Below are positions 39,728 through 53,735 of a stretch of 64,000 nt of DNA, in pieces. Position 1 is the stretch's first letter; every line of letters begins with the position of its first letter. A program made the translations under genes and the position numbers. The DNA comes from Basidiobolus meristosporus CBS 931.73. Taxonomy: Eukaryota; Fungi; Basidiobolomycota. Under the pieces are notes generated by a model. That model ran no database searches. It was not told the DNA's origin and was given only the letters and a program-made list of their open reading frames with translations. Where the stretch lies: NCBI GenBank assembly GCA_002104905.1, contig MCFE01000375.1:20782-84781 (forward strand). The letters run 5' to 3'.

Positions 39728-40096
39728 TGTTTCAAGTCTTGGTATATGAGTTGTAAAGGAATAAGGAGTTTAGCTAGTATTGTATTCACTGAAACTTGAA
39801 CTGATCTTTGTTGAGGTTCCAGCAGCTCCATATATACATTTTGCCAGTTCAATTGCTGACTAGTTGTATATTCTAATGCAGGTTGTGGCTGATGACTCAT
39901 TTGATTGCACCATCCTCACCCAATTAGATCCTAATTACAGTATCAATTCCTGTCTGATAAAGATCTGCTGATTCATTTGCTGACCAATGTTGGTTGATCT
40001 GATATATAACATTGATAAACTGATAGGCTAAACATTTAACTGATTGATTTGATTAAGACTGATCTAACTTAAAAGTTAAAGCAGTAGGTCATAACA
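39728..40096 (-). repeat. Family A LTR (5' LTR of copy 2, or solo)
   Basis: Reverse complement runs TGTTATGACC...GACTTGAAACA and aligns with the other family A LTRs. Confidence 0.85.
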
Positions 40097-43000
40097 ACAG
40101 CACCTGCAGAAGAAATTGCCAAGGATACTTCATGGAGGCCAGTGAGCCCAGTAATACAACTGATAGTAAGTGAAGTAATGTTGGCAAGTTTCACCAATAT
40201 TGGCAATGGGCCTTTGAGTATCTACTGCTACTTTTTGCCAAATTATTCCAGCATGCAATTAATTATTTTAATGGTACAAGTGGCTCACTGTCAGGTAGCA
40301 CTTCTTCAAGAGCAGTCCTCAAGAGAAAGTACTTGAATAGTGTAAGGGTTTATTGCAATGACTTGCAGATGAGGCACTCAACTTTACTGTGCTGGCCAAA
40401 GACCAGGTTATATTGAACTTGTGAGTTAATGCTGGCATATAGCTGTAAGGTTCCTTATAGGAAATAGGAAAAGAAGTTGAGCCCAAAGGTACAGCAGAAG
40501 AAATAGAGAAATGTCAAGAAAAGGAGAGAAAATCCTTTGATACCATTTGTAGCAATGTGCAAGTTTTTTTCATTGGATAAGCTCATGTTTCAAATACTAC
40601 CAAAGCAGCATGGGAATCGTAGAAGAAGATCATTAGAGCAAAGTCAGCATCAAGAAAGCTTTATTGAAAACAAAAGTTCTCCAACAAGAAGAAGAAGCTG
40701 TATGACAACATGCTACAACTCATTACCTGAATGGAGACACTGGCTGAAATTTTTTTACAGCATTATTGCAGGTGTGAATGTTGAAGAAAAGATACTGTGC
40801 CTGTTGTGCAGCTTACCAGGCATGTATGTGCTACTCATACATACTTTTGAAAGAAGAGTAGAAAATCCGACTTTGAACTATGTCAAAAGAAGACCTCTCC
40901 TTGAAGAATGCAGACATAGCAATCAGCTGAGAAAATCAAAGATAATGCTTTATTCAGCTCAGAAATGCACACAGAAAAGAAGGGAGATCAACAAAATTAA
41001 AGAAAACCTGGTCACTGTAACTACTGTAAGAAGCTGAGTCTCTGGGCAAGAGAATGCAATAAGAAACAAGTAGACAAAAAACAGAAACCAGGCCAGGCAT
41101 ACCATATGGTTATTAATGATAAGTTATTTGTGGCTGTACAAGAGAGTGCAAGTAGCCAAAGTAACAAATGGTCTATTGACTCTGGAGCATCACAGCATAT
41201 TTGTGGTGTAATGGAGTGGTAGAGCAGCTAAAGACTATTCCCAACTGAAAGATTTATCTGGGAGACAACTCTGCACTGGAAGCTACCACCAGTGGGTCAA
41301 AGCAGCAAAATATCAGTGATGTTTCAGGGGTAACAGCAGCAAAACTGACTGATGTGCACTATATACCTGGAATATCTAATAACCTACTCTCAGCCACTAA
41401 ACCCACTACTCAGAGACTGAAATATGTTTTTATAAATCTGATCTGCTCAATATTATGCAAAATGAGCCAAAATTAGCTTAGTGAATCAGAGATCACAATT
41501 TATACCAGTTACAATGCAGGTTCATTATACCTGGGTATCTTACCATACTAAACTAATAAACAGACTTGGAGATGTGGCATAGGAGCCTACAACACATTAG
41601 GGTACAGAAAAAGATCCAATTAGTGTAAAGCCAACTTGTTTTGAGACAAAATTACTCAAATACAATCAACTAGAATGCCTGTAAGAGTTGCTTCTGTGGT
41701 AAAAAAGCTACATGTTGTTTCAGGAGCTCAGGAGTCAATAACACCATCTAAATATTGCCTATTGTGTACCCAGACATATGTAGGCCCATGAGAGGATTGT
41801 GCTTCATTGCTGAGGGATACTTGATGACGTTTATTGTTGTCAAGACAGGATTTAGAAGGGTGAACTTCTACAACACCAAGTATGAGGCCATGAAGATGTC
41901 TAAGCAATTCAAGAACATAGCTGAAACACAATTGGGGTCTAAGCTAAAGTTACTCTTAGGTGACAATGGAGGGGAATACTGCTTAAGGGAGTATGCATAT
42001 TGCTGCTCATCTGCTGACATACTTCAGCAGACCAGTGTTCCACATACTCCACAGCAAAATGGAGTAACAGAATGTGCAAATAGCACAATAACAGTGATGG
42101 CAGGGTCTATGCTACATGATAAGCAAATGGACTGCAAGTATTGGGATGAGTCCATTGCAACTACAATATACATCAACTACAGATGCCTGTCAACAGTACT
42201 ACAGGACTTTGCACCCTTTGAAGCATATTCAGTCAAAGAAATCAACCTCTAGCGCCCCATGATCTTTGGCAGTGATGTTTTTTGTCAAATGGCTGACAAA
42301 GAACACTCAAAGTTGGGACCAAAGAGTAACAAAGGTTCTTTTTGGGTATTGTGAAGATACTAAAGAATATAGAGTGTATATGGACAATATTTGGAAGCTG
42401 ATAAAGAGCCAAGATGTTGTATTTGAGGAGAATTTAGCTCAGAAAGCCACTGATATCATTTGTCATATGCCCGGTAATGCAACCAAACCTTTTGAAGAAG
42501 CTACACACATAACTCAGCCAGATACAAAAGATAGTTAGCAGTATCAGATCAAAGCAGATTATCCCAGTTAGGAGATCTACCAGAATAAAGAATGCCCCTG
42601 GATCTTGGTGGCTGACATCTAATGATCTTGAAGAAGCTTTACTTGCCTCATGTACTAAATCTCAGAATCCTCAACAGGCAATGCAAAGTCCCAATACTAC
42701 TATGGGGCAACAGGCCATGAAGGAGGAGTACCAATCTCTGATCAAGGCAAGAATGTGGGAACTAGTAGATATACCAAATGGGAGAGAGCCAACAGGATGC
42801 AGATAGTTCTTCACATTCAAGATAACCTCAGTGATACCATTGATCAGTACAAAGCTAGGTTGGTGGCTAAAGGCTATTCCCAGATCCAGGGACTATACTT
42901 TAAGGAAACATTTGCTCTGGTTGCCAAATTTAACTCCATTACAACAGCTCTAGCCCTGGCAGCTATACACAGTCTGAACTATACCAAATAGACATCAAAG

Positions 43001-44048
43001 CAGTCTTTCTAAAAGGTGATTTGCAAGACACTATATACATGTAGCAAACTGAAGATCTTTACAATGTAAAAGCTCCCAAAAGGTGTGCCAACTTTGGAAA
43101 TTATTGTATTGACTTGTGCAGGCACCTAGAGCATGGTATTACAAGATTGAAACATATCAAGAGGATACTGTGCCCATTTGTAGCACTGTAGATCACAATT
43201 TGTGTGAAACAGCTCAAATAGAGTGTAATCATCCTAGTTCTTTATGTGAATGACCTAATAAAAGCTACAAGTGACTTAATAAGTGCTAAGTGACTAGGAA
43301 GCACTTAAACAGCCAAAATCAAGTCTCCTCAGCAAGTTTGAGATAGGTGATATTGGAAGATTTGGCTATTTTCTTGGAATTGAAGTCATTTATAAAATAC
43401 CTACCCAGCAAACTGTACTGGATTGGACTAAGTACATCAGGGACAGTCTTAGATGCTTCAAAATGGAGAATGGCAAACATGTAGCTACCCCCATGGATAA
43501 TAACCTGATACTGCACAAAACTCAGCTAGTTTTAGGTGAAAAGGCTCAGAAATGAACCAAAATTTTCCCTACTAATCAATGGTTGGTAACCAGATGTAGT
43601 TGATGGCATATACATGTCCAGAAATTGCAGTGGCATGGAATAGTCAGTCAGTTCATGCAAAATTATGCATCAGATCAAATAACTGCAGTTGAGTGGATAT
43701 TCTGATATCTACAAGTAACCAAAAATATGGTACTGGAATACTCCAGAGCAGCTAATAGGAAAATATTTGATGGCCATAGTGATTCAGAAAGGGGTAGGGA
43801 TCTAACTGACAAACACCCTAACACTGGGTATGTACTTCTGTATGCAGTGCAGCTATTACTTGAAATTGCAAGATACAACCAACTGTGGTCCTATCTAAAA
43901 TTGAAGCTTAGTACATGGCTGCTTGTCAAGCAAGTAAGGATGCAATATGGCTTCAAAAACTGCTCAAAAGCCTAGGCTTTAATTCAGTTGAACCCACATT
44001 AATTGAAAAGGTTAATCAAAGCCCGGTTTCATTTGCTAGAAGTCCTAC

Positions 44049-47000
44049 TGTTATGATCTGCCGCCTGAATGTTTAAGTTAGATTGGTTTTTAGTCAAATC
44101 AATTAGTATATGTTTAGGTTATCAGTATATCAGTATTATCTATGAAATCTGTAGCATTAGTCAGCAAATGAATCAGCAGATCCTTATCAGACAGAAATAG
44201 ATATATTAAGTAGGATCTTATTGGGTGATGATGATGCAATCAAATGGGTCATCAGCCACAGTCTACATTAGGAAATACAATTAGTCAGCAATTGATCTGG
44301 CAAAATGTATATAAGGAGCTGCTGGAACCTCAATAAAAATCAGTTCAAGTTTTAGTGAATACAATACTAGCTAAACTCCCTATTCCTCCACAACTCTTAT
44401 ACCAAGACTTGTAACATTGATAGCAGCAATAACCAGAAACCTCCCTCCTGAAGAAAGAAGAAACCACCCTCAAGATGTTGGACAATTATGAATGGAAGAA
44501 TGCCATGCAGCAAATGCTGGCCTAACAGCAACAGTTACTCCAGATCCTCAGCCAACAGCAACAAGGAATGACTACCATGGCTCAGAGCCAGCAAAGCCCT
44601 GTCAAGAGCAACTTTGGTGTGAAGGTCAACTGGTACCATGGCAGAGTCAATGAAAACCTGGGAACCTGGCTCTTCCAGATTGAAGAAGCTTTTAAAGCTA
44701 AAGGAATTGCTCCAGAAAGCAAGTTGCATTATGCAGCTTCTTACCTGGCAGATGCAGCCTTACAGTGGTACCACAACAAGATCAGGTCAGCCACTATGAT
44801 GGTATGCTCTACAATCTCTACCTGGGATGAGTTTGTGTTGGAAATTCAGGATGCTTTTGAACCTCCACACCAACAGACACTACTAAGAAGGAAGTTAAAG
44901 ACACTCAGACAGAAAGGAATGGTTCAAGAATACATCTATGAGTACAGATGTCTACTTGGACAAATTGAAAGAATGGACCCCCTGGATCAAGTTGAATACT
45001 TTATTGATGGGTTAAAAGGAAGAACTTGCAAGGAAGTGAATTATCAGAGACCTCAGACTATTGAAGAAGCCATCAACATTGCCATTGACTATGACTCAGC
45101 TATGTTTGGAGTTGGGAAGCCTACAGTGACTAATCAGAAAGGTTACAATCATTATGAAAGAAGACAGTCAGAAGCAGTACCAATGGAAATAGACGCTATG
45201 CAGAAGAATCCTGCCTTGGAAGAATGTAAGAAGAAAGGAATTTGTTTCAGTTGCCACCAGTAAGGACATATTGCAAAGTACTGCCCTCAGAGAAGAAATG
45301 GACACCAGCCATCAAGAACCTTTAACTGTATTGAGGCTATGGAGCATAGTAACATGGAGGATGAACTTGAAGAAGACTCAGAGCTCACCTTCCACATGAC
45401 AGAAGAATCCCTATCCCAGATGACCTCAAGCTCAGGAGAGCTATTATACCTGAAAGGAGTAATTAATGGAGTACCTGCCAAGATCATGATTGACTCAGGA
45501 GCATTGCATGAGTACATGTCAGAGCAATTTGCTTTGAAAGCTGGAATCAACTCAGAACCTACCAAATCAACTTCAGTCTCCACAGCTGATGGGAACTCTC
45601 ACATAATCATCTGTATTACCCAGCCAGTAAGAATGAAGATCAATGACTATGAAGAAGACCTACAGGCTTATATATTTGGGAACTGCAAGTTTGACCTTGA
45701 ACTTGGAAAAACCTGGCTATTTTGTTGTAATCCATCAATCAACTGAAGAACCCATGCTACTCAGATCCAAAAAGACAACAAGACCTATGAGCTACTACCT
45801 GCAAGGCTGGATTTCAACTTGGTCAATTCCAGTATGTGTGAGACAAGTGAACTTAGCAAGACCCAGCTCTGTAGAGCACTTAGAAAAGGTACCAAGATGT
45901 TCCTCATGGCGGTATTGCAGGAGGATTCCTCTACCCCAGCACCCCAGCAGGTCCAGACTCTCTTGAAGAAATATTCAGACAAGTTCCCAGATGTGCTTGT
46001 AAGCCTACCACCAGTCAGAGATGTGGATCATGCCATTGACACAGGAAATAGCCCTCCAGTGAGCAAGACACCTTACAGAATGAGTCCATTGGAATTGGAG
46101 GAAATGAAGAGACAAATTGATCAGTTATTGGAGCAAGGATACATCAGGCCCAGCAAGTCACCCTGGGGAGCACTGGTGCTTTTTGTGAAAAAGAAGGATG
46201 GAACACTTAGGATGTGCATTGACTACAGAGCCCTGAACTCAGTTACCGTCAAGAATAAGTACCCCATACCTTGGATTGATGAGCTTTTGGACCAACTTAA
46301 AGCAGCCACTATTTTCAGCAAGATTGACCTCATGTCAGGATACAACCTAATCAGGGTAAAACCAGAAGATATCCCTAAGACAGCATTCAGGACCAGATAT
46401 GGACATTACAAGTACTTAGTCATGAGTTTTGGCCTCACTGATGCCCCTGCAACATTCATGACACTGATGCAGACTGTCTTTCAGGAGTACTTAGACATGT
46501 TTGTGATAATCTACCTGGATGACATATTGATATACAGCAAGACAGAAGAGGATCATGTACTGCACATTGAAAAGGTCTTGAAGAAACTAAGAGAGAACAA
46601 GCTATATGGCAAGCTAGCCAAGTGTGAATTCTTCAAGGAGCACCTTGAATACCTGGGACACATAGTGACTAGCACAGGAGTAACCATAGACCCAAAGAAG
46701 GTGGAAATAATCAAGAATCTGAAACAGCCCCATAGCATATCAGAGCTCAGATCAATCCTTGGAATGGTTTCCTATTATTGGAAATTTGTCAAGTCTTTTG
46801 CAAGTATTGCAGCCCCTTTAACTGATATTCTCAAGAAAGACAATACCCACAAGTGGGACATAGCTTGTGAGACTGCCTTCCAGACGCTCACAAATGAACT
46901 TGCAAAGCCACCAAGCTTTAGAATACCAGACTTCAGAAAAGAGTTCACTCTGTGCACAGATGCTTCAGATTATGCAATTGGTGGAGTGCTGAGCCAAGAA

Positions 47001-48986
47001 CACAAGGGAAAGGACTACCCTGTTGCCTTCAAATCCAAGAAACTGAACTCAGCAGAACAAAACTATCCAGTGCATGAGAAGGAGATGCTTGCTATAATAC
47101 ACTGTTTGAAGACATGGAGATGCTATATTGAAGGAGTTAAATGCACTGTAAAGATTGATCATGCCTCCCTCCAGAATATATTTACTCAGAAGGTACTCTC
47201 TAGAAGAATGACAAGATGGAGTCAATACATTCAGCAATTTGACCTGGAGATTGTCTACTGCCCTGGAAAAAACAAGACGGTTGCTGATGCCTTATCAAGA
47301 TTAGATCAAGTTGCACAACTCAACTTGGTGCATGAATCAGATTGGCCTAGCCTATTACCAAAGTACTTGGAGGACCAAGCTATTCCTAATGAGGTGAATG
47401 AAGATATCAAGAAGATAATCCGTGATGAAGCCAGCAAATTTGTAGTACAGGATGAAACACTCTACCAAATTGTTGATGGAAGCCCTATTGCCTATTGCCC
47501 TTATGTTTCTTGCCTGGATTTAATACATAAGCTACATAATGGATATAGACATCTTGGAATTGAAGGAACCTATAGCCTTGTGAAAGCCATAGCATGGTGG
47601 CCCAGAATGAAACAAGATATTGAGAAGCTAGTGAAAACATGCCCAAACTGCCAAATCAATCAAGGCCAGCCACAAAGAATTGCCAAACTCTTCCCTTTGG
47701 AGCCTGTAAGACCATTTGAAAGTTGGGGAATTGACTTTATTGGAAGACTGCCAACCACCAGGAAATGCAACCATTGGATCCTAGTAGCAACTGACCATGC
47801 CACTAAATGGCCAGTTGCTAAAGCTGTACCAATAGCCAGTGAACAAGAAGTTGCAAGTTTCATTTACCATGAGACCCTGATGAAGTTTGGATGCCCTGTG
47901 GAGTTCCTTTCTGATAGAGGAGCAAACTTTATGGCAAAGACATTAGAGGCTTACCTGGAAATGCAGCAGATCAGACACTTGAAAACCTTGGCATATCACC
48001 CCAGAACTAATGGAGTCACTGAGCGGTTTAATGGATAATTTGGAAAAATGCTGACCAAGTATGCAAATGGAGTTGTCAGTAGATGGGATGAGTATATAGA
48101 CCAAGCACTCTTTGCATGCAAAGTCAGAGTACACAACACCACCCAGCAATCACCATTTTACTTAGTGTATGGATGTGAACCAAGGATTCCAGGAGATCTC
48201 ACACAACCCAAGCTTACAGATGCCTTAGAAGATGAACTTAGTCAGCCAAGTAGACACCAGCAACTGGAACAAAGACATCAAGAGGCACAGACCAAAGTAT
48301 CTCAAAGTGCAGAAATAATGAAGCAGAGAATTGATAAGACTATAGTACCAGAAGCATTGACAGTTGGGAACTTTGTATTGCTAAGAAACAACACTCGGAA
48401 GAAGTTTGAGCCACAATAGACAGGACCATTCAAGATCATCAGAGAATGTCCATTTGCAACTTACCAACTAGTGGGCAAACAAGGCAATATCCGGGAAGAC
48501 TTAGTGCATAGGGACAGACTCAAGCTTGCAAGACTTGCTGATAATACTGAACCATCAAGATATTGGTATCATAAGAAAAGAGATTCAGGAGAACCCTCTC
48601 AACTTTAGTAGGGGAGAATGTTATGATCTGCCGCTTGAATGTTTAAGTTAGATCAGTTTTTAGTCAAATCAATTAGTATATGCTTTGGTTATCAGTATAT
48701 CAGTATTATCTATGAAATCAGTAGCATTAGTCAGCAAATGAATCAGCAGATCCTTATCAGACAGAAATAGATATATTAAGTAGGATCTTATTGGGTGATG
48801 ATGATGCAATCAAATGGGTCATCAGCCACAGTCTACATTAGGAAATACAATTAGTAAGCAATTGATCTGGCAAAATGTATATAAGGAGCTCCTGGAACCT
48901 CAATAAAAATCAGTTCAAGTTTTAGTGAATACAATACTAGCTAAACTCCCTATTCCTCTACAACTCTTATACCAAGACTTGTAACA
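44049..48986 (+). mobile_element. Ty3/Gypsy family A copy 3, full length, best preserved
   Basis: LTRs 44049-44416 and 48619-48986 (368 bp, 9 differences counted by eye) and perfect 4-bp TSD CTAC. Confidence 0.95.
44475..48608 (+). pseudogene. Single-frame gag-pol of family A copy 3 with five nonsense codons (44523, 45261, 45744, 48036, 48417) and no frameshift
   Basis: All track ORFs (44568, 45339, 45819, 48048) share one frame. Motifs: IDSGA, YLDD, TDASD, GH...WWP..C..C, GIDF, SDRG, TERFN and GPF; no chromodomain. Confidence 0.9.
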
Positions 48987-50244
48987 CTACTAATCATGCC
49001 AGAACTAAGCACATAGATATACAACACCACTTTGTGAGGGAAGCAGTAGAAAATAACTTATCAGAGTCAGTTTACTGCCCTACTGGCAAAATGGTGGCAT
49101 ATATAGTGACAAAACCACTAGCTAGGCCACAAATTGCAAATCTCAGAGAGGAAATAGGACTATTGGGTATCACTCAGCTGCTAAATATTTGCTTAACAGT
49201 ACTGGACTAGTCTTGGTCACTCTAGTAATAACATACAGCCCTAACTTTGCCACTTTAGTGAAGATGCTTATTTAATCTTAACTAATGGGGAATAATCACA
49301 GGAGCATCAATCTGGATAAAAACTATGTGCTAACCTTGAAACTGTTTCTGAGTGCTCCTGAGTGTTGAGAAGCTCTCCTTACTTAGTGTCACTGTTGTAA
49401 TACTTCTACAATGGTATAAATGCTGGGCTTCTTTCTGAATAAACAACTGTTCAACTGTTATTGCAATTTCATGATAAGTCCCATATATCCAAAATAACTT
49501 CTCAAATTTCAACAAACCAATCCAAAGCCACTTCAGTATTACTAAGATGTAAGATCTGGGGTGATATTTCTTGTAACAGCTTTTGCATTGTGTCTTGGAG
49601 GAACCAATACATCTTTGTCACAAGCTTTCAATTTTGATGGTGTTTGATGGGATGATGATAAATATTTCTTACAGGATTTTCTAGGTACAATTGATGGCAT
49701 TGCTCTCCAGTATGTGTGATCCAGTTGAATCACTCCATAACACACACACATTGTTATATTAAAGTACTAGTACTATGAATATCATCTGCCCATGGAGAGG
49801 ACACACAAATGTATCTATGTAGTTTCATCAAAGCTGACAAGCTAAAATCTATTGGTAAGAATGTGGCATTGATTAAGATGCAGAGTTAGCAAAGACAGAA
49901 TCCACATGTTGGAGTAAAAGCGCACCACCAAGAGCAATTCATTTGCCCTTCATATCTATATCCAGGTACTAGTTACCATGTTGTACAAGGGGCATTTCAA
50001 GCAAATCAGTCCTTTATAGTAGCTGAAAAGTCCAGAGGATTTGATATATACAGATGTGGTATATATATATCTATTGTAATATGTCATCTCAAAGGACTCT
50101 GGGCCAAGCATGATTTTTTGCCAAGATGCTGAATAACTTGTGAATTAAGACTCTAGAGATGTGTGAGACTTAATTCAATTTTGCATGTAAGCAGAGATAA
50201 ACCCAGGTGATACTAGCAGGCTTTTGCCAGTGGTCATAGGACAA

Positions 50245-51370
50245 AAATTGGAATATTTGGCATTATTAAGCAGTTAAATACCTATTTAACAGCTCAGCCC
50301 TTGTCTTGGTCCCTGCAGGACTCATTGACAGCCCTAATCTCACCACTTTCTGTTAGATCTATAATCATATGCTTATTGTAATGTGGCCAAGAAAATTAGC
50401 GCTTCAACCAAACACTATGTATTGATCCTAAGACTGTAACAGAATGCTCCTGGCTATTGAGAAGCTCCTCTAACTTAGTTTTATAGTTATTTATCCTTAC
50501 ATAATAAAAATACTGACATTCCTTATGAAGAAACTTCATTTCAACTACTATTACTCTTTCATGATAAGTTCCTTTTATTCAAGATGCTTCTTAAGTTGCA
50601 ACAGGTTATGAGGTCTAATTCCTTCAATCCACACCAACAATGACATCTACCAGTTGACAGAATAGAACAAATATTGTCCCTTAGACAAGAAGATTAATGG
50701 AAAGAATTACTCACTTTGGAAATTCAAGATGCAGATTCATTTTGAGGAAAAAAGCTACAGAACATAGCAATAGGAAAGGAGGTTGGCCCAAAAGAATCAC
50801 AGACACAGTTGAGAAGTTTCAAGAGAAGGAGAGTAAAGCCCTCAAACTCATTTATATCTATGGTCCAAATTCCTTCATTTGACAGATTCATGCTTCTAAC
50901 AATGTCCAAGCAGCATGGGAGTTCCTTAGGACACTCTTCAGAGCAAAGCTAGTATCAAGCTTGCTTTATTTTAAATGAATGTTCATCAACATGCGGATAA
51001 AGCCAAAGTATGACATGCTGTAACTCATTACCAGAAAGGAGTCACTTGCAGAAGAACTTTACAATAGCAATGCCAGTTTACACAATGAAGAAAAGATACT
51101 CTGTGAGCTTTGCAGCTTATATGCTAAGGATGAGCCACTCATACCTTCTGTTGAAAGCAGAGAAGACAACTTGGCACTGGAAGCTACTGTCAGTGGGTCT
51201 GTATAGCTTAATAAGAGTGAGGTCTTAGCAGCAACAACAGTAAAACTGAATGGTGTACTCTGTGTGCCTAGAATAGCTAAGAATCTACTCTCAGAGAGTA
51301 AACAACTATTCAGGAATTGATTTTTTTCTCACTAATCTGAGCTGCTCAATATAGAGTAAAAATGAACAAA
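50245..51370 (+). mobile_element. Truncated Copia: 5' family B LTR to 50603, PBS GGTTATGAG, gag and a piece of protease
   Basis: GTTGCAACA is followed by GGTTATGAGG; gag aligns with 40560-40900. The left LTR boundary is approximate. Confidence 0.75.
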
Positions 51371-51739
51371 GCATACTTGCAATATTCATAACATCCTGGT
51401 TTGGCTTAAGATAATTTTCAGACTTGAAAAAATATTTGTTGAACCCAAAACATTTTCCAGTTGCCAGATCATATTAGGTAGATTTAAGTTGCAACAGCTA
51501 TAAGCATATATGACTTGACTTTAGCAGTATTCAGTCTCAAAAAAAAAATTTTTGCCATAAAGTTTTCCCAGATGAAAAGCCATTTGTGTTTAATTGCAAC
51601 AACTGTGGACATCTCATGCTTGATTTAGTATTTCCAAACTCAAAAGATACTTTTGCCAAAAGGTTTTCCAAGATGAAAAACCATTTGGTGTTTGCTCAAT
51701 TGTGCCAACTGTTTTCACAGCTACTTTTTATTTTTTAAG

Positions 51740-53700
51740 AATCTTATGAGTTACGTTTGTATTTTGGCCATGTTCCTAAGTTGCTTAAACATCCCCAAAG
51801 CCTCATACTTTGTCCTGAGGAAATACAGCCATGTACGTCCTGTCTTGTCATCAATAAACCTCATAAAGTATTGTGTAGAACTAAAGAACAATGTTCTTAA
51901 AGGCCTACATATGTCTGAGTGCACAATGGTCAGTATTTTGGTGGTGTCATTGACACCAGAACTCCTGAAACATTGTTGAGATTATTTACCATAAATATAA
52001 TGCTTACAAACATATAATTTAGTTGGAATCGAGTCATTTGGGCTTGAAACAGGTGGATGACTCACCAATTACCTCATTTTCTGGTCCCTGATGTGTCCTA
52101 GCCTCCTGTTTTATACAAGAAAAAAGTGCAATAAAACTCTTGAATGAGTAAACTGAGCCCAAGTGACAACTAAGTGCAGAAACTTAGATTTGACAAGGGT
52201 TACAGATGTTTTACCAGAGAAGTTCTGGTCAAATATTGGTTTTGTACATAGTTGAGTTGGGCTATAAAGGCAACAGAGTTAGTTTACTATGAAAGCTAGG
52301 CTTGGTGTTCTTGTGAATGCTAGATATGCTAGGCTTGGGCAGAAACTAGAATAGCATTGTTGAATTCTGGATATTTCTGAGCCACAATCTTAATTTTCTT
52401 GAGTCACACACTACACCAAAAGGTTCAGTAAGCTTCATTTATATTTTTCTGTTCCAGTTAGATTAGTAAGTGCCAAGAGACTTGCCTAATTGAAATCTGC
52501 TTGGGTGTTCATGGGTGCATAAGATAAATGAGATATTGCATCATTAATCAGCTGATGCCTTGGCAACTGCTAAGGGGTTGGATAGATATCAGATGACCAA
52601 TCACTTGGAAAGGCTTAGCAGACCAGTCAACAATTTAATGACTACATGAGAATTGACAAGGTGTAAAAGCTAAAATGGATTCTCAGAAGCAATAAAATAA
52701 ACCATAATTGGGACTAGTTATGTTTGGGCTAGGGAAAATCAGTTAGGGTACTAAATTTTCTAACAGTGTAAAATAAGCTAGGTTCTAAGTGCTGATGTGC
52801 AACACCGCCTATGCCACATCTCCAAGCTTGTTTCATCAGTTTCAGCAATGCTGACACTCTCAGGTATAATGATCTTGCATTGTGACTTGTTTATATTATG
52901 ATCTCTAATTCCAAAAGCAAATTTTTGACTATTTTCACTCAATATTGAGTAGCTCAGCTTGGTAAAGACAAACTTTAGCCCCTGAGTAGTTGCTCTTCTG
53001 ACTGATAGTAGGTACTTAGCTATTCCAGGCATGTAGAGTATGTTGGTTGTTTTTGCTATTGTTGTTCCTGTGTTATCACTCATATTTTGCTGTAAAGATC
53101 AACAGGCAGTAGCTCCCAGTGCAAAGTTGTCTCTAAGATAAACCTTTCTCACAGTAACAGTCTTTAAGTTATTGAACAACTCCTTTATACTGCAAAAACG
53201 CTATGATGATCCAGAGTTAATATACTATTCATTACCTTGATCACTTGCACTCTCTTGCACAGCTACAAGTGACTATTCATCAGATTTATATAGTTTGCCT
53301 GCTCTAGTTTCTGGTTTTGTTGGCTTATTTCTTCCAGTATTCTCTTGCCCAGTGTCATGGCTCCTTACAGTAGCTACTGCCACCAGGCTTTCCTTGGATT
53401 TGTTGCTTTCCCTTCTATTCTGTGAGCCTTTGTCAGCTGAAAAAAGTATTATCCTTGGTTATCTCTGGTGGCTCATTAAGTCTGAGTCCTTCATGGAGAA
53501 GTCTTCCTTTGACATAGTCTAAAGACAGACTGTCTTTTCTGCTTTCAAAAGAAAGGATACTCAAGGTAGATCTGCATCTTGATTCTCCAAAGTCAAAAGT
53601 TCTTCCCATTGCACCTCCCCTTAGCAGCAAAGATGCTTGGATTGTTCTGTTTACTAGCAGAAGTCATCTTTAGAATAGATTAGGGTGATTGGAGCTCATA
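51740..53700 (-). mobile_element. Copia remnant (gag end, protease, GAG-pre-integrase, start of integrase) split by a solo LTR
   Basis: LSLDYVKGRLLHE, EMWHRR|LGHI and IVHSDICRP...YFMRFIDDKTGRTWLYFLRTKYEA. Confidence 0.8.
52107..52804 (-). repeat. Solo LTR of the 18.8-22.9 kb chromovirus family
   Basis: Aligns with 22157-22854. Flanks CCTCC/CCGCC; removing one copy restores Copia WHRRLGH in frame. Confidence 0.88.
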
Positions 53701-53735
53701 GGCAGCTGCAATTTAAGAAGCAATTTTGGTATAAG

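Larger units (their letters stand above)
40440..49514 (+). mobile_element. Degenerate Ty1/Copia element interrupted by Gypsy A copy 3; 3' LTR at ~49150-49514
   Basis: gag (KAAWES...RKLY), WSIDSGASQH, EMWHR, integrase (GDNGGEY, PHTPQQNGVTE) and RT (YKARLVAKGYSQIQG, ETFALVAK). RNase H RSPT|NHARTKHIDIQHHFVRE is rejoined in frame across the Gypsy insertion. Confidence 0.88.

Noticed and set aside
51550-51711. Two ~57-bp imperfect direct repeats
   Set aside because: Only two diverged units, with no spacer array or cas genes; not CRISPR.
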